DNA from: an uncultured Lachnospiraceae bacterium
GTDB taxonomy: Bacteria > Bacillota > Clostridia > Lachnospirales > Lachnospiraceae
Assembly (NCBI GenBank): GCA_964567585.1
Contig: CAZMND010000002.1
Coordinates: forward strand, 7,592 to 71,591
Direction of reading: 5' to 3'
Length of the DNA stretch: 64,000 nt
The position numbers and the translations under genes are program-made. The notes beneath the pieces were generated by a model. The model had not been told where the DNA came from. It searched no databases and worked only from the letters and a program-made list of their open reading frames with translations. Positions within the stretch are counted from its first letter, which is position 1. Each line of letters begins with the position of its first letter. Below, piece after piece: positions 1-12,100 of this stretch.

Positions 1-1457
1 GTGATGGTATGCCGGGTATTTCTTATTCCACAAGCGGTTCATCTACAGGTATGTCAAGTGCGGCAGTTCAGTTTGATATTAAAGGTGCATTGCCGGGAAC
101 TGATAACGGGTATTATATTTATCTTTATCCATCGGGAAGTTCCGAAAAAATCGAACTGGAAAAATGGGAATGTGACGGAGAAGTATATTACCTTGTAGCA
201 GGCAAAGACCCGACAACGGAAAATGATACTAAATTGTCAACTTCAGATACAAGTGTAGATTATGGTCTTGTAGCCGATGGTGCAAAAGTGGTATTTGCTA
301 TCCGTGGTCTCGAAAAGAATACTACATATCAGGTAAAACTGATGGCAAGAGATACGCAGAATGTACTTGGTGATTTGTTTGACTATAAGTACGAAACCGG
401 TGGTCGTTATTATCCGTTTAAGACAACATCTTTGATTGAGATGGAGTCAAGTAATATTACATTTACATATGATTCGTATAGAAATAAATACGGTACATTA
501 AGATATGCGGTTTTAGGTAGTGAAGGTACCGGAATGAGAATTTTCTATAAGATTTATGATGAATTAGGTGCAGAAGTAAAATGCGGTACCGGAACATATG
601 ATGATGAACTGGGATATTTATTACAGCCATTAGGTAATAATGTAAAATATTATCAGAGTGATATGGCATTATGTAACCCTGTAAATATTAATTTTGCACC
701 GGGTGGACTATTACAGATGGGAGCCACCTATACTGTGCAATATCGTGCGTATACATCTACAAATGCAGGTGTGATAACGAACAAAACAGAACCGATTGGT
801 TATTGTGAACAGACATTTACAACACCGGACACTTTAGCAATGCCGCGTGCATCAATGCGTGTCGTATCAGCTGAGGATGCTTTAAATATAACGGTTGTTA
901 TGTATGATACACAGAAAACAATATTTGATGATGTGTTCTATGTGGATGTGTATGATTTGGAAGGTAATTTGATGACCAATGAATCTACACAACTCAAAGG
1001 ACAGACCACAAGCGGAAAAAACAGTACCGTATTCAGCGGTAAGATTGAAAACCTTCCGTCTAACCAGTCATATAGGGTTATAGTTAAAGCAAGTTTGGAC
1101 CGTGATAACAACGGAGTAGCGGAAACAAGTTATGTAAACGAATTGACGGGTAGTACAATCAGTACTGCAACAGCAACAGTTTCCACAAGCTATACAGCTG
1201 ACGGATATTTGTCATTTAAACTTTTAGATTTGGCAAACTTCGATAATGTGACAAGAATTGTGTACACGATTGATTCACAGGACGGTAGTACCAACTATGA
1301 AAATGCTGATAAAGCAATTGATACATGGACAAAAGTTGGTAATACATATAGCTATACAACAAATTTTGTTCCTGAAGTAGGAACATATCATTATACATTG
1401 CAGTTCTATAACGGTAGTGCACTCGTTGGTTCTGCAAGTGGTTACTTTACAAAATAG
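1..1457 (+). CDS. 3' part of a large secreted or surface protein, truncated by the window edge, with about four tandem FN3/Ig-like beta-sandwich modules
   Basis: Frame +3 is open from the window edge (codons from nt 3), so the Met at 9 is probably internal. Four ~100-120 aa modules each end in a Y-x-V/h strand signature (TTYQVKLMARD, ATYTVQYRAYT, QSYRVIVKASLD, GTYHYTLQFYN). The stop lies 14 nt before the next gene's start. Confidence 0.7.
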   Translation, partial: DGMPGISYSTSGSSTGMSSAAVQFDIKGALPGTDNGYYIYLYPSGSSEKIELEKWECDGEVYYLVAGKDPTTENDTKLSTSDTSVDYGLVADGAKVVFAIRGLEKNTTYQVKLMARDTQNVLGDLFDYKYETGGRYYPFKTTSLIEMESSNITFTYDSYRNKYGTLRYAVLGSEGTGMRIFYKIYDELGAEVKCGTGTYDDELGYLLQPLGNNVKYYQSDMALCNPVNINFAPGGLLQMGATYTVQYRAYTSTNAGVITNKTEPIGYCEQTFTTPDTLAMPRASMRVVSAEDALNITVVMYDTQKTIFDDVFYVDVYDLEGNLMTNESTQLKGQTTSGKNSTVFSGKIENLPSNQSYRVIVKASLDRDNNGVAETSYVNELTGSTISTATATVSTSYTADGYLSFKLLDLANFDNVTRIVYTIDSQDGSTNYENADKAIDTWTKVGNTYSYTTNFVPEVGTYHYTLQFYNGSALVGSASGYFTK

Positions 1458-1471
1458 TTAGGGGAGAACGT

Positions 1472-3055
1472 ATGAAAAGGATTGAAAGAAAAAATACGGC
1501 TGAATTTAATATTTTTGGCTCTATTATAGTATTAATACTGATCACACTGACTATTTCGGTGGTAGCGGTTGTAAAAAAACAGAGTAAAAGCTACTCGGTT
1601 CCGGCTGGAAGTTGTGTATACGATATTGATAATGAGTATATTTCGATTGAAGAGGAAGCAACCATATATCAAAAAGGTGATGGAGTATATTATTTAAAGA
1701 CGGCCGGTAAAGAAGTTTATACATTGGGGAAAAATGTCGTTGTAAAAGACGGCGAAGGCCGTTCAATATGGGTTTATGGAGATTTATATGAAATTGCAGC
1801 GGATGGAACGGTTACTGTTTCATCCGGCTGTACCGAAATTAAAGATTTGGGGAAACCGGGATTGTACAAGCTGGCAGATCGCAAATATTTAATGACCGGT
1901 AACAGCATTACATCAACAGATGAAGAATATGCTACAAATGATTATGTTTATATCAACATTTATCAATCAGGGGCAGCTGTTTTAATGAATAATCAGTCGA
2001 ATCAGAATGTGATGAGACCTATTATGTTAAACAGTGAAGATTTATATCTGGATATTTCCAGCGAATATGCATTTTTTAATAACAATTTAATCAACTTGAA
2101 AAATGTTTTGGGAAGTACAAACCAGTATGGTGGAGATGCACTTATTTATGTTGAAGGTTTGGTAGATGATGAGCAGTATCAGAGTGCGGCGGATACACCG
2201 GATGTTATTACCATTGTAGGTGGTAATGGTGGTGCCGGTGGCGCAGGTGGTTCCGGTGGAACCGGCGGTAGCGGCGGCCAGGGTGGAACCGGTGGATATG
2301 GTGGAACCGGCGGTAGTGGTGGCTCAGGCGGAACCGGTGGTGTCGGTGGTGCCGGCGGAACCGGTGGTAACGGCGGTGACGGTGGCCAGGGTGGCGACGG
2401 CGGTAAAGGTAGTGATGCCAATGTCAATGCTCTTAAATGGGTAAAACTGGTAGGCGTTACAGCGGGAATCGGAACTTTGGATGTGGATTATGTTGTGACG
2501 GATATTACAGATGATTATGTGGCAGTTTGGCTTGAGGTTAAACACAAGGATTCAAGCGGTAGTGATGTTATTAATCAGGTATATTTAAGCAAAACAGATA
2601 ATCAATTTACAGTTAGAGGCTGTATTCCGGGTACATATTACGAAGTTTCATTATGGTATTCGGCATATTACAGAACCGGTGGAGTTATAGGTGAAAAACC
2701 GGAAGAAGTAATGGTGGATAGTGTAAAAGTGCAGACAAGTTCTAATCTTGGAAATATAGAAGTTGTGAAACAAACGGAAGATACAATTGATTTTGATATA
2801 AAACTGGATAGCCAGTACTTGATTTCCAGTGGAAAAGTTGGTTTATATCGTAGTGATGGAACACTAATCAGTTCACTTCCATTAGATTCTGCTACTATTA
2901 ATCAGGCAGCAAAACAGACAGTGAGACTTTCCATACCGATAAGCAGTACGGCATTAACCGGAGGAGAAAGACTTTATCTGCAGTTTACAGATGTAATTTA
3001 TAACGGCGCAGCATTTAAAATTCCGGAGCAGGCGTCTATTACATACACCAAATAG
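1472..3055 (+). CDS. N-terminally membrane-anchored surface protein with a (Gly-Gly-X)21 tract followed by two FN3-like modules
   Basis: RBS GGGGAG upstream of the ATG. Short basic N-terminus plus one TM (FGSIIVLILITLTISVVAVV). A 64-aa GGX tract. C-terminal modules carry GTYYEVSLWYSAYY and ERLYLQFTD strand signatures like those of the flanking proteins. Confidence 0.8.
   Translation: MKRIERKNTAEFNIFGSIIVLILITLTISVVAVVKKQSKSYSVPAGSCVYDIDNEYISIEEEATIYQKGDGVYYLKTAGKEVYTLGKNVVVKDGEGRSIWVYGDLYEIAADGTVTVSSGCTEIKDLGKPGLYKLADRKYLMTGNSITSTDEEYATNDYVYINIYQSGAAVLMNNQSNQNVMRPIMLNSEDLYLDISSEYAFFNNNLINLKNVLGSTNQYGGDALIYVEGLVDDEQYQSAADTPDVITIVGGNGGAGGAGGSGGTGGSGGQGGTGGYGGTGGSGGSGGTGGVGGAGGTGGNGGDGGQGGDGGKGSDANVNALKWVKLVGVTAGIGTLDVDYVVTDITDDYVAVWLEVKHKDSSGSDVINQVYLSKTDNQFTVRGCIPGTYYEVSLWYSAYYRTGGVIGEKPEEVMVDSVKVQTSSNLGNIEVVKQTEDTIDFDIKLDSQYLISSGKVGLYRSDGTLISSLPLDSATINQAAKQTVRLSIPISSTALTGGERLYLQFTDVIYNGAAFKIPEQASITYTK
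2219..2410 (+). repeat. In-frame Gly-Gly-X triplet repeat (GGNGGAGGAGGSGGTGGSGGQGGTGGYGG...GGDGGKG), a GC-rich island in AT-rich DNA
   Basis: Direct reading gives 21 consecutive GGX tripeptides. The DNA contains near-identical units (ggtggaaccggcggtagcggcggc and ggtggaaccggcggtagtggtggc). Confidence 0.95.
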
Positions 3056-3069
3056 AAAAAGGAGATTAG

Positions 3070-3318
<249 letters not shown>

Positions 3319-3342
3319 CAATCCAGGGAGGAAACTACAGAT

Positions 3343-4152
3343 ATGGGTATATTTATAGCCGTAATCGTGGTTCTTCTGGTTTTAATCTATTTTATGACAG
3401 TAATGCTTAGAAGTGTTGTTTCGGAAAGTAATCAAAAAGTAAATAGTTACTTTCTGAAAAATCTTGAAATGTATGATTCGAGATACAAAGAAAAGGTCAA
3501 TACATTAAGTAAGATTAACGTAGAATATGAAGAAGTAGCCAGAGAACTTCGTAATATGAAAAATGAGATGATATCATATAAAACTTCACCGTTTTATGCA
3601 CCACGTCCGGTGCCGCGTGATATTTACATACCGACTGCCCGTTATATCGATAATGATTTCTTTGAAGAATATAAAATCGCCAAAGATAAATTAATGAGTA
3701 TTAACAAACAGGAAGTTATTGATAATGTAATGGAAAAAGTACCGTTTCAGGGAGATATTAAGCTTTATGAAACCGTGCAGAGCATTATGGCAAAATTAAA
3801 TTTTGACGCGATTTACGATTTGTGTAGCAGTACAAAAGAAGAACAATTGCAGATTATTAAAGAGTGTTTAAACAGCGAAGAACAAAAGCTTTTGTTAAAC
3901 TACATTGAGGATATGGAAGAAATCGAAGAGTTTGAAATTCTTGGATTTACAGATTATTTAAAGCATGTGGCATGGAAGAATGATCCGCACGTATTCGTCA
4001 GTGTGGCGGAAAATGAAGAAGATTATACGGATGAAAGCAGAAATATTGTTTGTCTGGTTGACCAGAATATCTGCGAAGGTCTTAAAATTGTTTATCAGAA
4101 CAAAGTTTATGATTACAGTATTTACAAATCAAGAAGAAAAGTAGGAAGCTGA
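3343..4152 (+). CDS. Candidate peripheral-stalk protein (b-like N-terminal TM plus coiled coil, delta/OSCP-like C-terminus), 269 aa
   Basis: RBS GGGAGG. One N-terminal TM (IFIAVIVVLLVLIYFMTVML) is followed by a charged, heptad-like helix. The C-terminal EGLKIVYQNKVYDYSIYKSRRKV resembles the delta-subunit terminus GG-h-x-h-x-h-GD-x-h-h-D-x-S. It occupies the atpF/atpH position between c and alpha. Assignment is tentative. Confidence 0.45.
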   Translation: MGIFIAVIVVLLVLIYFMTVMLRSVVSESNQKVNSYFLKNLEMYDSRYKEKVNTLSKINVEYEEVARELRNMKNEMISYKTSPFYAPRPVPRDIYIPTARYIDNDFFEEYKIAKDKLMSINKQEVIDNVMEKVPFQGDIKLYETVQSIMAKLNFDAIYDLCSSTKEEQLQIIKECLNSEEQKLLLNYIEDMEEIEEFEILGFTDYLKHVAWKNDPHVFVSVAENEEDYTDESRNIVCLVDQNICEGLKIVYQNKVYDYSIYKSRRKVGS

Positions 4153-4154
4153 GT

Positions 4155-5476
4155 ATGAGTACATTTGTTGAAGGTTTAGTTAATTCAAAGCTTCGTAATA
4201 TGAAGGAAATGAAAAACGTATACGAAGTCGGACACGTAACAAAAGTAAAAGATTATATTCTCGAAGTTACGGGATTGGAATCCGTAGGATTCTATGAAAG
4301 AGTTGTTATCTCCAATTATTCGGTTGGTTATGTTACAGCTATCAAGAAAAATTCAGTAATGGTAGCTGTATTACAGAGAGCAAACGTAATATATGTTGGA
4401 GATGAAGTAGTTACAACAGGTTTTGATTTCTGTGCTATGTACAGTAGAGCGTCAATTGGTCACATTATCGATATTTTCGGTAACGACAGACTATTGGATG
4501 AAAAATTTGAGAACTTAAAACCACTTAGCATTGAAACAAATCCAATTCCGATTATGGAAAGAGGTCCTGTAAAGAGACCGTTCTATACAGGTATTGCGGG
4601 TATTGATCTTGTATATCCGATTGGGTATGGACAGCGTCAGTTGATTATCGGTGATAAAAAATCCGGTAAAACACAGATTGCATTGGATACTATCGTAAAC
4701 CAGAAAGATAAGAACGTAATTTGTATTTACGTGGCAATTAATAAAACAAAGAAAAATATTAAAGAATTATACGATATGCTTATGAAAAAGGGTGCTATGG
4801 AATATACCTTGATTGTTGCATCCTTTAGTGAAGATGAACCACCGGTAGCATACTTTACACCATATATGGCGATGTCGGTTGCAGAGCTCTATATGAGAGA
4901 AGGACAGGATGTTTTGGTTATCCTCGACGATTTAAAACATCATGCCAATATCCATCGTGAAATCAGTTTGCTGACAGGAAAAATTCCGGGTCGTGATGCA
5001 TATCCGTCCGATATATTCTACACACATTCCAGATTGTTGGAAAAAGGTTGTCAGCATAAAGACGGCGGTTCCATTACGGTACTTCCGATTGTTGAAACAA
5101 AGGGTGGAGATATTACAGACTATATTTCTACAAACATTATTTCCATCACGGACGGACAGTTGGTTCTTTCCAGAAAGAACTTTGAAAAAGGCCAGAAACC
5201 GGCTATTGACTATACCTTAAGTGTATCCCGTCTGGGTGGTGCGGTACAGGATAAGGATATGAAAGCTCTTGGTGCAAAGGTACGTCAGAGATTCTTATCA
5301 TACTTAGAAACAAGAGAAGTTTATGAACTTGCAAACACAGATGAAATGAGTTTTGAAATGCAGGCGAAATTGGAAGAAGGACGAAGAATTGAAGAAAGAC
5401 TTCTTCAGTACAAATTTTCTCCAAGAAACAAAAATGAAATTATTCATATATTTGAAGAAGCATTAGAGGACGAAAA

Positions 5477-5480
<4 letters not shown>
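4155..5480 (+). CDS. F1 ATPase alpha-subunit-like protein, 441 aa (C-terminal helical domain about 55 aa shorter than canonical)
   Basis: P-loop GDKKSGKT (canonical GDRQTGKT) at 4650-4673. Also VICIYVAI, ILDDLKHHA, PGRDAYPSDIFYTHSRLLE, ISITDGQLVL and LSVSRLGGAVQ (canonical SVSRVGGAAQ, the Arg-finger region). Confidence 0.9.
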
Positions 5481-7907
<2,427 letters not shown>

Positions 7908-7918
<11 letters not shown>

Positions 7919-8438
7919 TGTTTTGGAAGCTATTATGCAATTACGTGTATTTATTCTCGTATCAGGAATTGGAATTGTTTTAAGCGGAGTATATCTTTTG
8001 TTCCGCTGCAGAAAATTTGGTTGGAACAGAAACAATATAAAACTGATAGGCTTTTTCTACAATTTAAGTGTGTGGGACACTGTTGGTATGGCCTGCGGTT
8101 TTTTGAAAATATTCCTTGTATTTTCCATTCTGATAACTACGGGAAAAGTTGAAATTATTCATATGATTATATTTTGTATACTGGAAGTCTGTTATATTGT
8201 CCACAGACGCAGTATCAAAGGAATTATGCTGGATTTAGTGCTTAGTATGGTTTCATTGATTGTAATGAATATTATGAATATGTTACACCATTATTTGAAC
8301 GAAATTGTTTATGACGTTAAAGTGGCAATTGTCGTGTGGCTGCTTGGAGTGTTACTTTGTCTCTACGGCATTTATGATTTGATGCATTGTGCCAAAACAG
8401 TGCTTGAAACTAGGAAGGAAACTGAAGCTAAAGTATGA
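7908..8438 (+). CDS. Polytopic (~5 TM) membrane protein of unknown function, translationally coupled to epsilon
   Basis: ATG at 7908 is preceded by GAGGAGGAA (7892-7900) and overlaps the epsilon stop by 11 nt. The hydrophobic segments include one with buried polar residues (GKVEIIHMIIFCILEVCYIVHRR). Confidence 0.7.
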
Positions 8439-9184
8439 ATAAAATGAATAAACCTCAAAAAGACAAAAAAAAACATATGAACAGCTTTATAAAGGAAAAC
8501 AGACAGTGGTTTATTTTACTCGGAGCAATCTTCTTGTTTTTAATCTTGATGGTTGTTATCGTATGGTATTCAGGAACGCAGAAAAACTGGAATCCGGGAG
8601 TAGAAACCTACCGATATGTTATGGGTGTGAAGGTTCCGTATTCGCAGGATATGAAGCTGATACATACAGATGCAGGAACTTTGATTGAAGATAAGGATTC
8701 TGTTTATTCGGACGGAACACCGATTTTCAGCGAAGAGGATGAACAACTTATTTTACCTGTAAGTATGGGGTTAATGCGCCCATTTCATGAGGATTCATTA
8801 AAAAGAGTTAACTATTTTGCAACCTTAAAGAAATTAGGCGATGTTATTTCAATTGATCAAAATGGCTATACAACGGAAGTTAGCGAAGGTTTTTTGTATG
8901 ATGGAGATGGCACATATATTTTCATGGAAGATATGACATTGACGATCGGTAACAGTACCTATTATGCACATTCGTTATCTTATGCCAAGGTTTTCTACAG
9001 AGATGCAGTGGAAATTTATAATATAACAACGGGTGATTATCAGTATATTGATATTTCCAATTCGGATACGGTGGCGTTATCTGCCAATGGTTACAGTATT
9101 GATTTAGGTACAGGTGTTATGACAATCGGAGATACACAAAGAATATTATTTGCAGATATTGAGGCAATGGGAGTATTACAATGA
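8435..9184 (+). CDS. Single-pass (N-in) membrane protein with ~200-aa extracytoplasmic domain, unknown function
   Basis: ATGA overlap with the upstream stop. Lys-rich N-terminus, then one TM (WFILLGAIFLFLILMVVIVWY). Confidence 0.7.
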   Translation: MNKMNKPQKDKKKHMNSFIKENRQWFILLGAIFLFLILMVVIVWYSGTQKNWNPGVETYRYVMGVKVPYSQDMKLIHTDAGTLIEDKDSVYSDGTPIFSEEDEQLILPVSMGLMRPFHEDSLKRVNYFATLKKLGDVISIDQNGYTTEVSEGFLYDGDGTYIFMEDMTLTIGNSTYYAHSLSYAKVFYRDAVEIYNITTGDYQYIDISNSDTVALSANGYSIDLGTGVMTIGDTQRILFADIEAMGVLQ

Positions 9185-12100
9185 TTCTGAAAAAGAACAA
9201 AGAAACTGTCAAAAAAGTAAATAAAAAAGCACTGGACAAAAGAAATTATTTTTTCTTTGCCTTGGTGGGTGTTATTTTAATCGGAATTCTTATGATTCTT
9301 CAGACGAGGTTTAAAGAATACTTCCGTTTGAATAATGATGGATTTGCCGTTGTCAGCAATACAGTTACGGAATACTTGAGTATTGATCCAAACGAAGAAG
9401 ACGTTGAGAAAATTATTTCGCTTAAGTCTTTTGACGCCTTGGAATATCTTTATACACAGGGAGGAAAAATTTTCCTTGGTGAGGATAAAAAGGTAGAAGT
9501 TGATACTTCGTATCCTGTGTATATGAATCAGGGCGCGGTATTACAACTGATAGAGGGAACCGGTATCCTGTATGATGAGGATTACGAAAGGGTGGAAACA
9601 TATCAGGGGCTCTATATTGAGGGCGGTTATGCGTATAACGTGGACGGACAAAAAGCCGATCCTGTGAGATATCTGTTCCTCGGTATGAATAATGGTAACT
9701 TTGTTAACTTTGATGAAATTACTTATCACTTAAAAAATGAAGAATATGATATTAATGAAAACTCTCTGGTTCACTTTGAAGCAGATTATTTTTCATATTA
9801 TGAATATGAAAAAGGGGAACTTGTTTATAAATACTGTGTAAGTGTAAATGATTCATTCAAACTTAAGGTTGGAGAAACACAGTATACTTATGATGAATTA
9901 TTAAAACTTTTGGGATTAAGAAGTGAATATGCTTCGTTTGATGGCATTGAAAAAGATGAAAATGTCGAAGAAGATTTTACTGTTAATGACGATGTCGAGA
10001 TGGATGAAGATGAGGATGATACGGTAGAAGCCCAAGTGGAAAAACCGAAAGCACAGCCGTCTACGCCGCCTACACCTCCGGCACCGAGTCAAGGAAAAGA
10101 AAATACGAATTCGTCACCGGGAGTCAGACCGGAAGGAATTGTGAGACCGGGAAGCGGTTCGGGAAATACGGAAGATAAGACAGATGAGGTTGAAAATTAT
10201 ATACAGCCGAATGTTATTATCAACAGTGTAAGTGCAAAGGTGTACCGTATCGAAATCGATGCAACCGTATATGATCCGGCAAACCGTATCGATACAACCA
10301 GATTTGTCCGTTTTGAAGTATATGAAGTGGATAAAGACGGTAATGAGCAGTTGGCTATGAGAAGTTACAGAAGAGGAGAAGGACAGAATGTTACGACTCT
10401 AGGCGGCGGTGCAATTAAGCCGGAAACGACATATCGTATCTATGGCGACTATACGTATTTTGACCAGTATGACAAAGAACAATATGTAGATTTGGGTTCA
10501 TATGAAATTACAACGGGAAGTTTTTCTGATTTAACCCAAATTTCATTAACACATAAACAAGGTACCAGTTATCACAATAGAATTGAAGTTGTGGATTTTG
10601 GTTACAAACCGGATGAATCTGATGATGAATTAATATATGGTATAAGCCAATATGGCGGTATCAGATTTGTTGTTAAAAACAAAACTACAGGTGCTGAAGT
10701 TACTTCAAGAATACTGACAGTAGGTGAAACAAACAGCTTCAAGGCCAACAACGGTGTAATTTTAAACAGTCTCAGCACTCTGAAAGCCAAAACAGAATAT
10801 CAGTATGAATTTGAAATTGAAGACTATTTTGGAAATAAAATTACATTGGAAAATGCAATTGGATATGCGATGACAAGTAATCATGCTCCAAGTGCAACAA
10901 TTATTGAAAAAAATAATGAAATTGGAAGAATGGTATTAACATTATCCATTGAGGATGTTGATGCTGCGGCAGTTCCGTCTAAAAGCACGACGGATGCGGC
11001 GGATGCTTGTGATGTTTATGTAATTCTGACAAAAGATGATCCTTCGCGTTTGGAAAAGTATACAACCTTCGAAGAGATGGAAGAAGCAGGTGTTATTACT
11101 GCGTATAAGAAGCTTGATGTGGGTGAATATACATATACACCATATGATTCAGAAACAGGAACAATTTCTGCCACAAATTTAGATATAGAATTTACAAATT
11201 TGAGATTGGGAGAAAAATTCTTTGTTACCGTGTATGGTGATTATGATTTAACCAACCAGAAAGGTCCGCAGTATTTCAAACCAATAGGTCAGTCATCCTT
11301 TAAAACGACTGATTTGAACTCGCTTGGTAAAATCTACGTTACAGTAGATTTTGATACAGACAGACTTACATATAAATCATTGCCAATGAGCTTCCATTTA
11401 AATAACGAAGCTACAAGTCCGCAGTTAGAAACGCTTATAACAGGTATGAAAATTGATGTTATAAGAGATGGCGGAGTAGGTGATGATGCAATTATTGATG
11501 CGACTTTTGGATTTACGGACAGTACGTTGGCTGCCGATGGTAGCACAAAGATAATTGATATGTTTAAAAATACGGCGGTAACATATCTTGCCGATAATTT
11601 GCAGAGTATGACAGAATATCAGCTGAAGGCGGTTATATATGCAAAATATCAGGATGAGGAATATGAAATTACACCGCAGTTGTCAAACTATGCATTTAAA
11701 ACCCTTCGTAAACCGGCGGAAGTAATTGTGGAAGATTTACTTTTTGCGGCAGGAACCTTGGTTTTTGACGTAAAAGTAGAAGATCCTGACGAAACTGTTA
11801 TCGGTATTTCGGGAGATAAGGTGGTAGTCCAACTGTATACAAGAGAAGGTGAGTTTGTTAAAACAACCCGTGTGGAAAAAGGTCTGGAAGAATGGCAGAC
11901 GGTTACCTTTGATAATTTGGACCCGGGTAAAAAATACCAAATTCGATTTGTGGCGGTAGAATATAACGAAGGTTATACAAATGCAAGCTATGAGTCTAAC
12001 AAAATATTAAAAACAGTAGATGTTAATGAATCCATGAGTATGGATGGAACAATAAAATTGCAGTCTGTTAGCGAAATAGACGGTGATGTGGAGCATTACC

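Noticed and set aside
1-198. 65-aa ORF in frame +1 at the window start
   Set aside because: It overlaps the much longer frame +3 ORF, which carries the repeated FN3-like modules. Its sequence is low-information and has no motif.
2179-2427. 82-aa proline-rich minus-strand ORF (PPxPP repeats)
   Set aside because: It is the reverse-complement reading of the GGN-codon Gly-Gly-X tract (GGN read antisense gives NCC, Pro). It has no RBS and lies entirely inside a well-supported + strand gene.
2220-2545. Alternative-frame ORFs 2220-2444 (+) and 2324-2545 (-) over the Gly-rich tract
   Set aside because: They are frame-shifted readings of the same low-complexity GC-rich repeat (Val/Ala/Pro-rich strings). 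They are artefacts of repeat composition.
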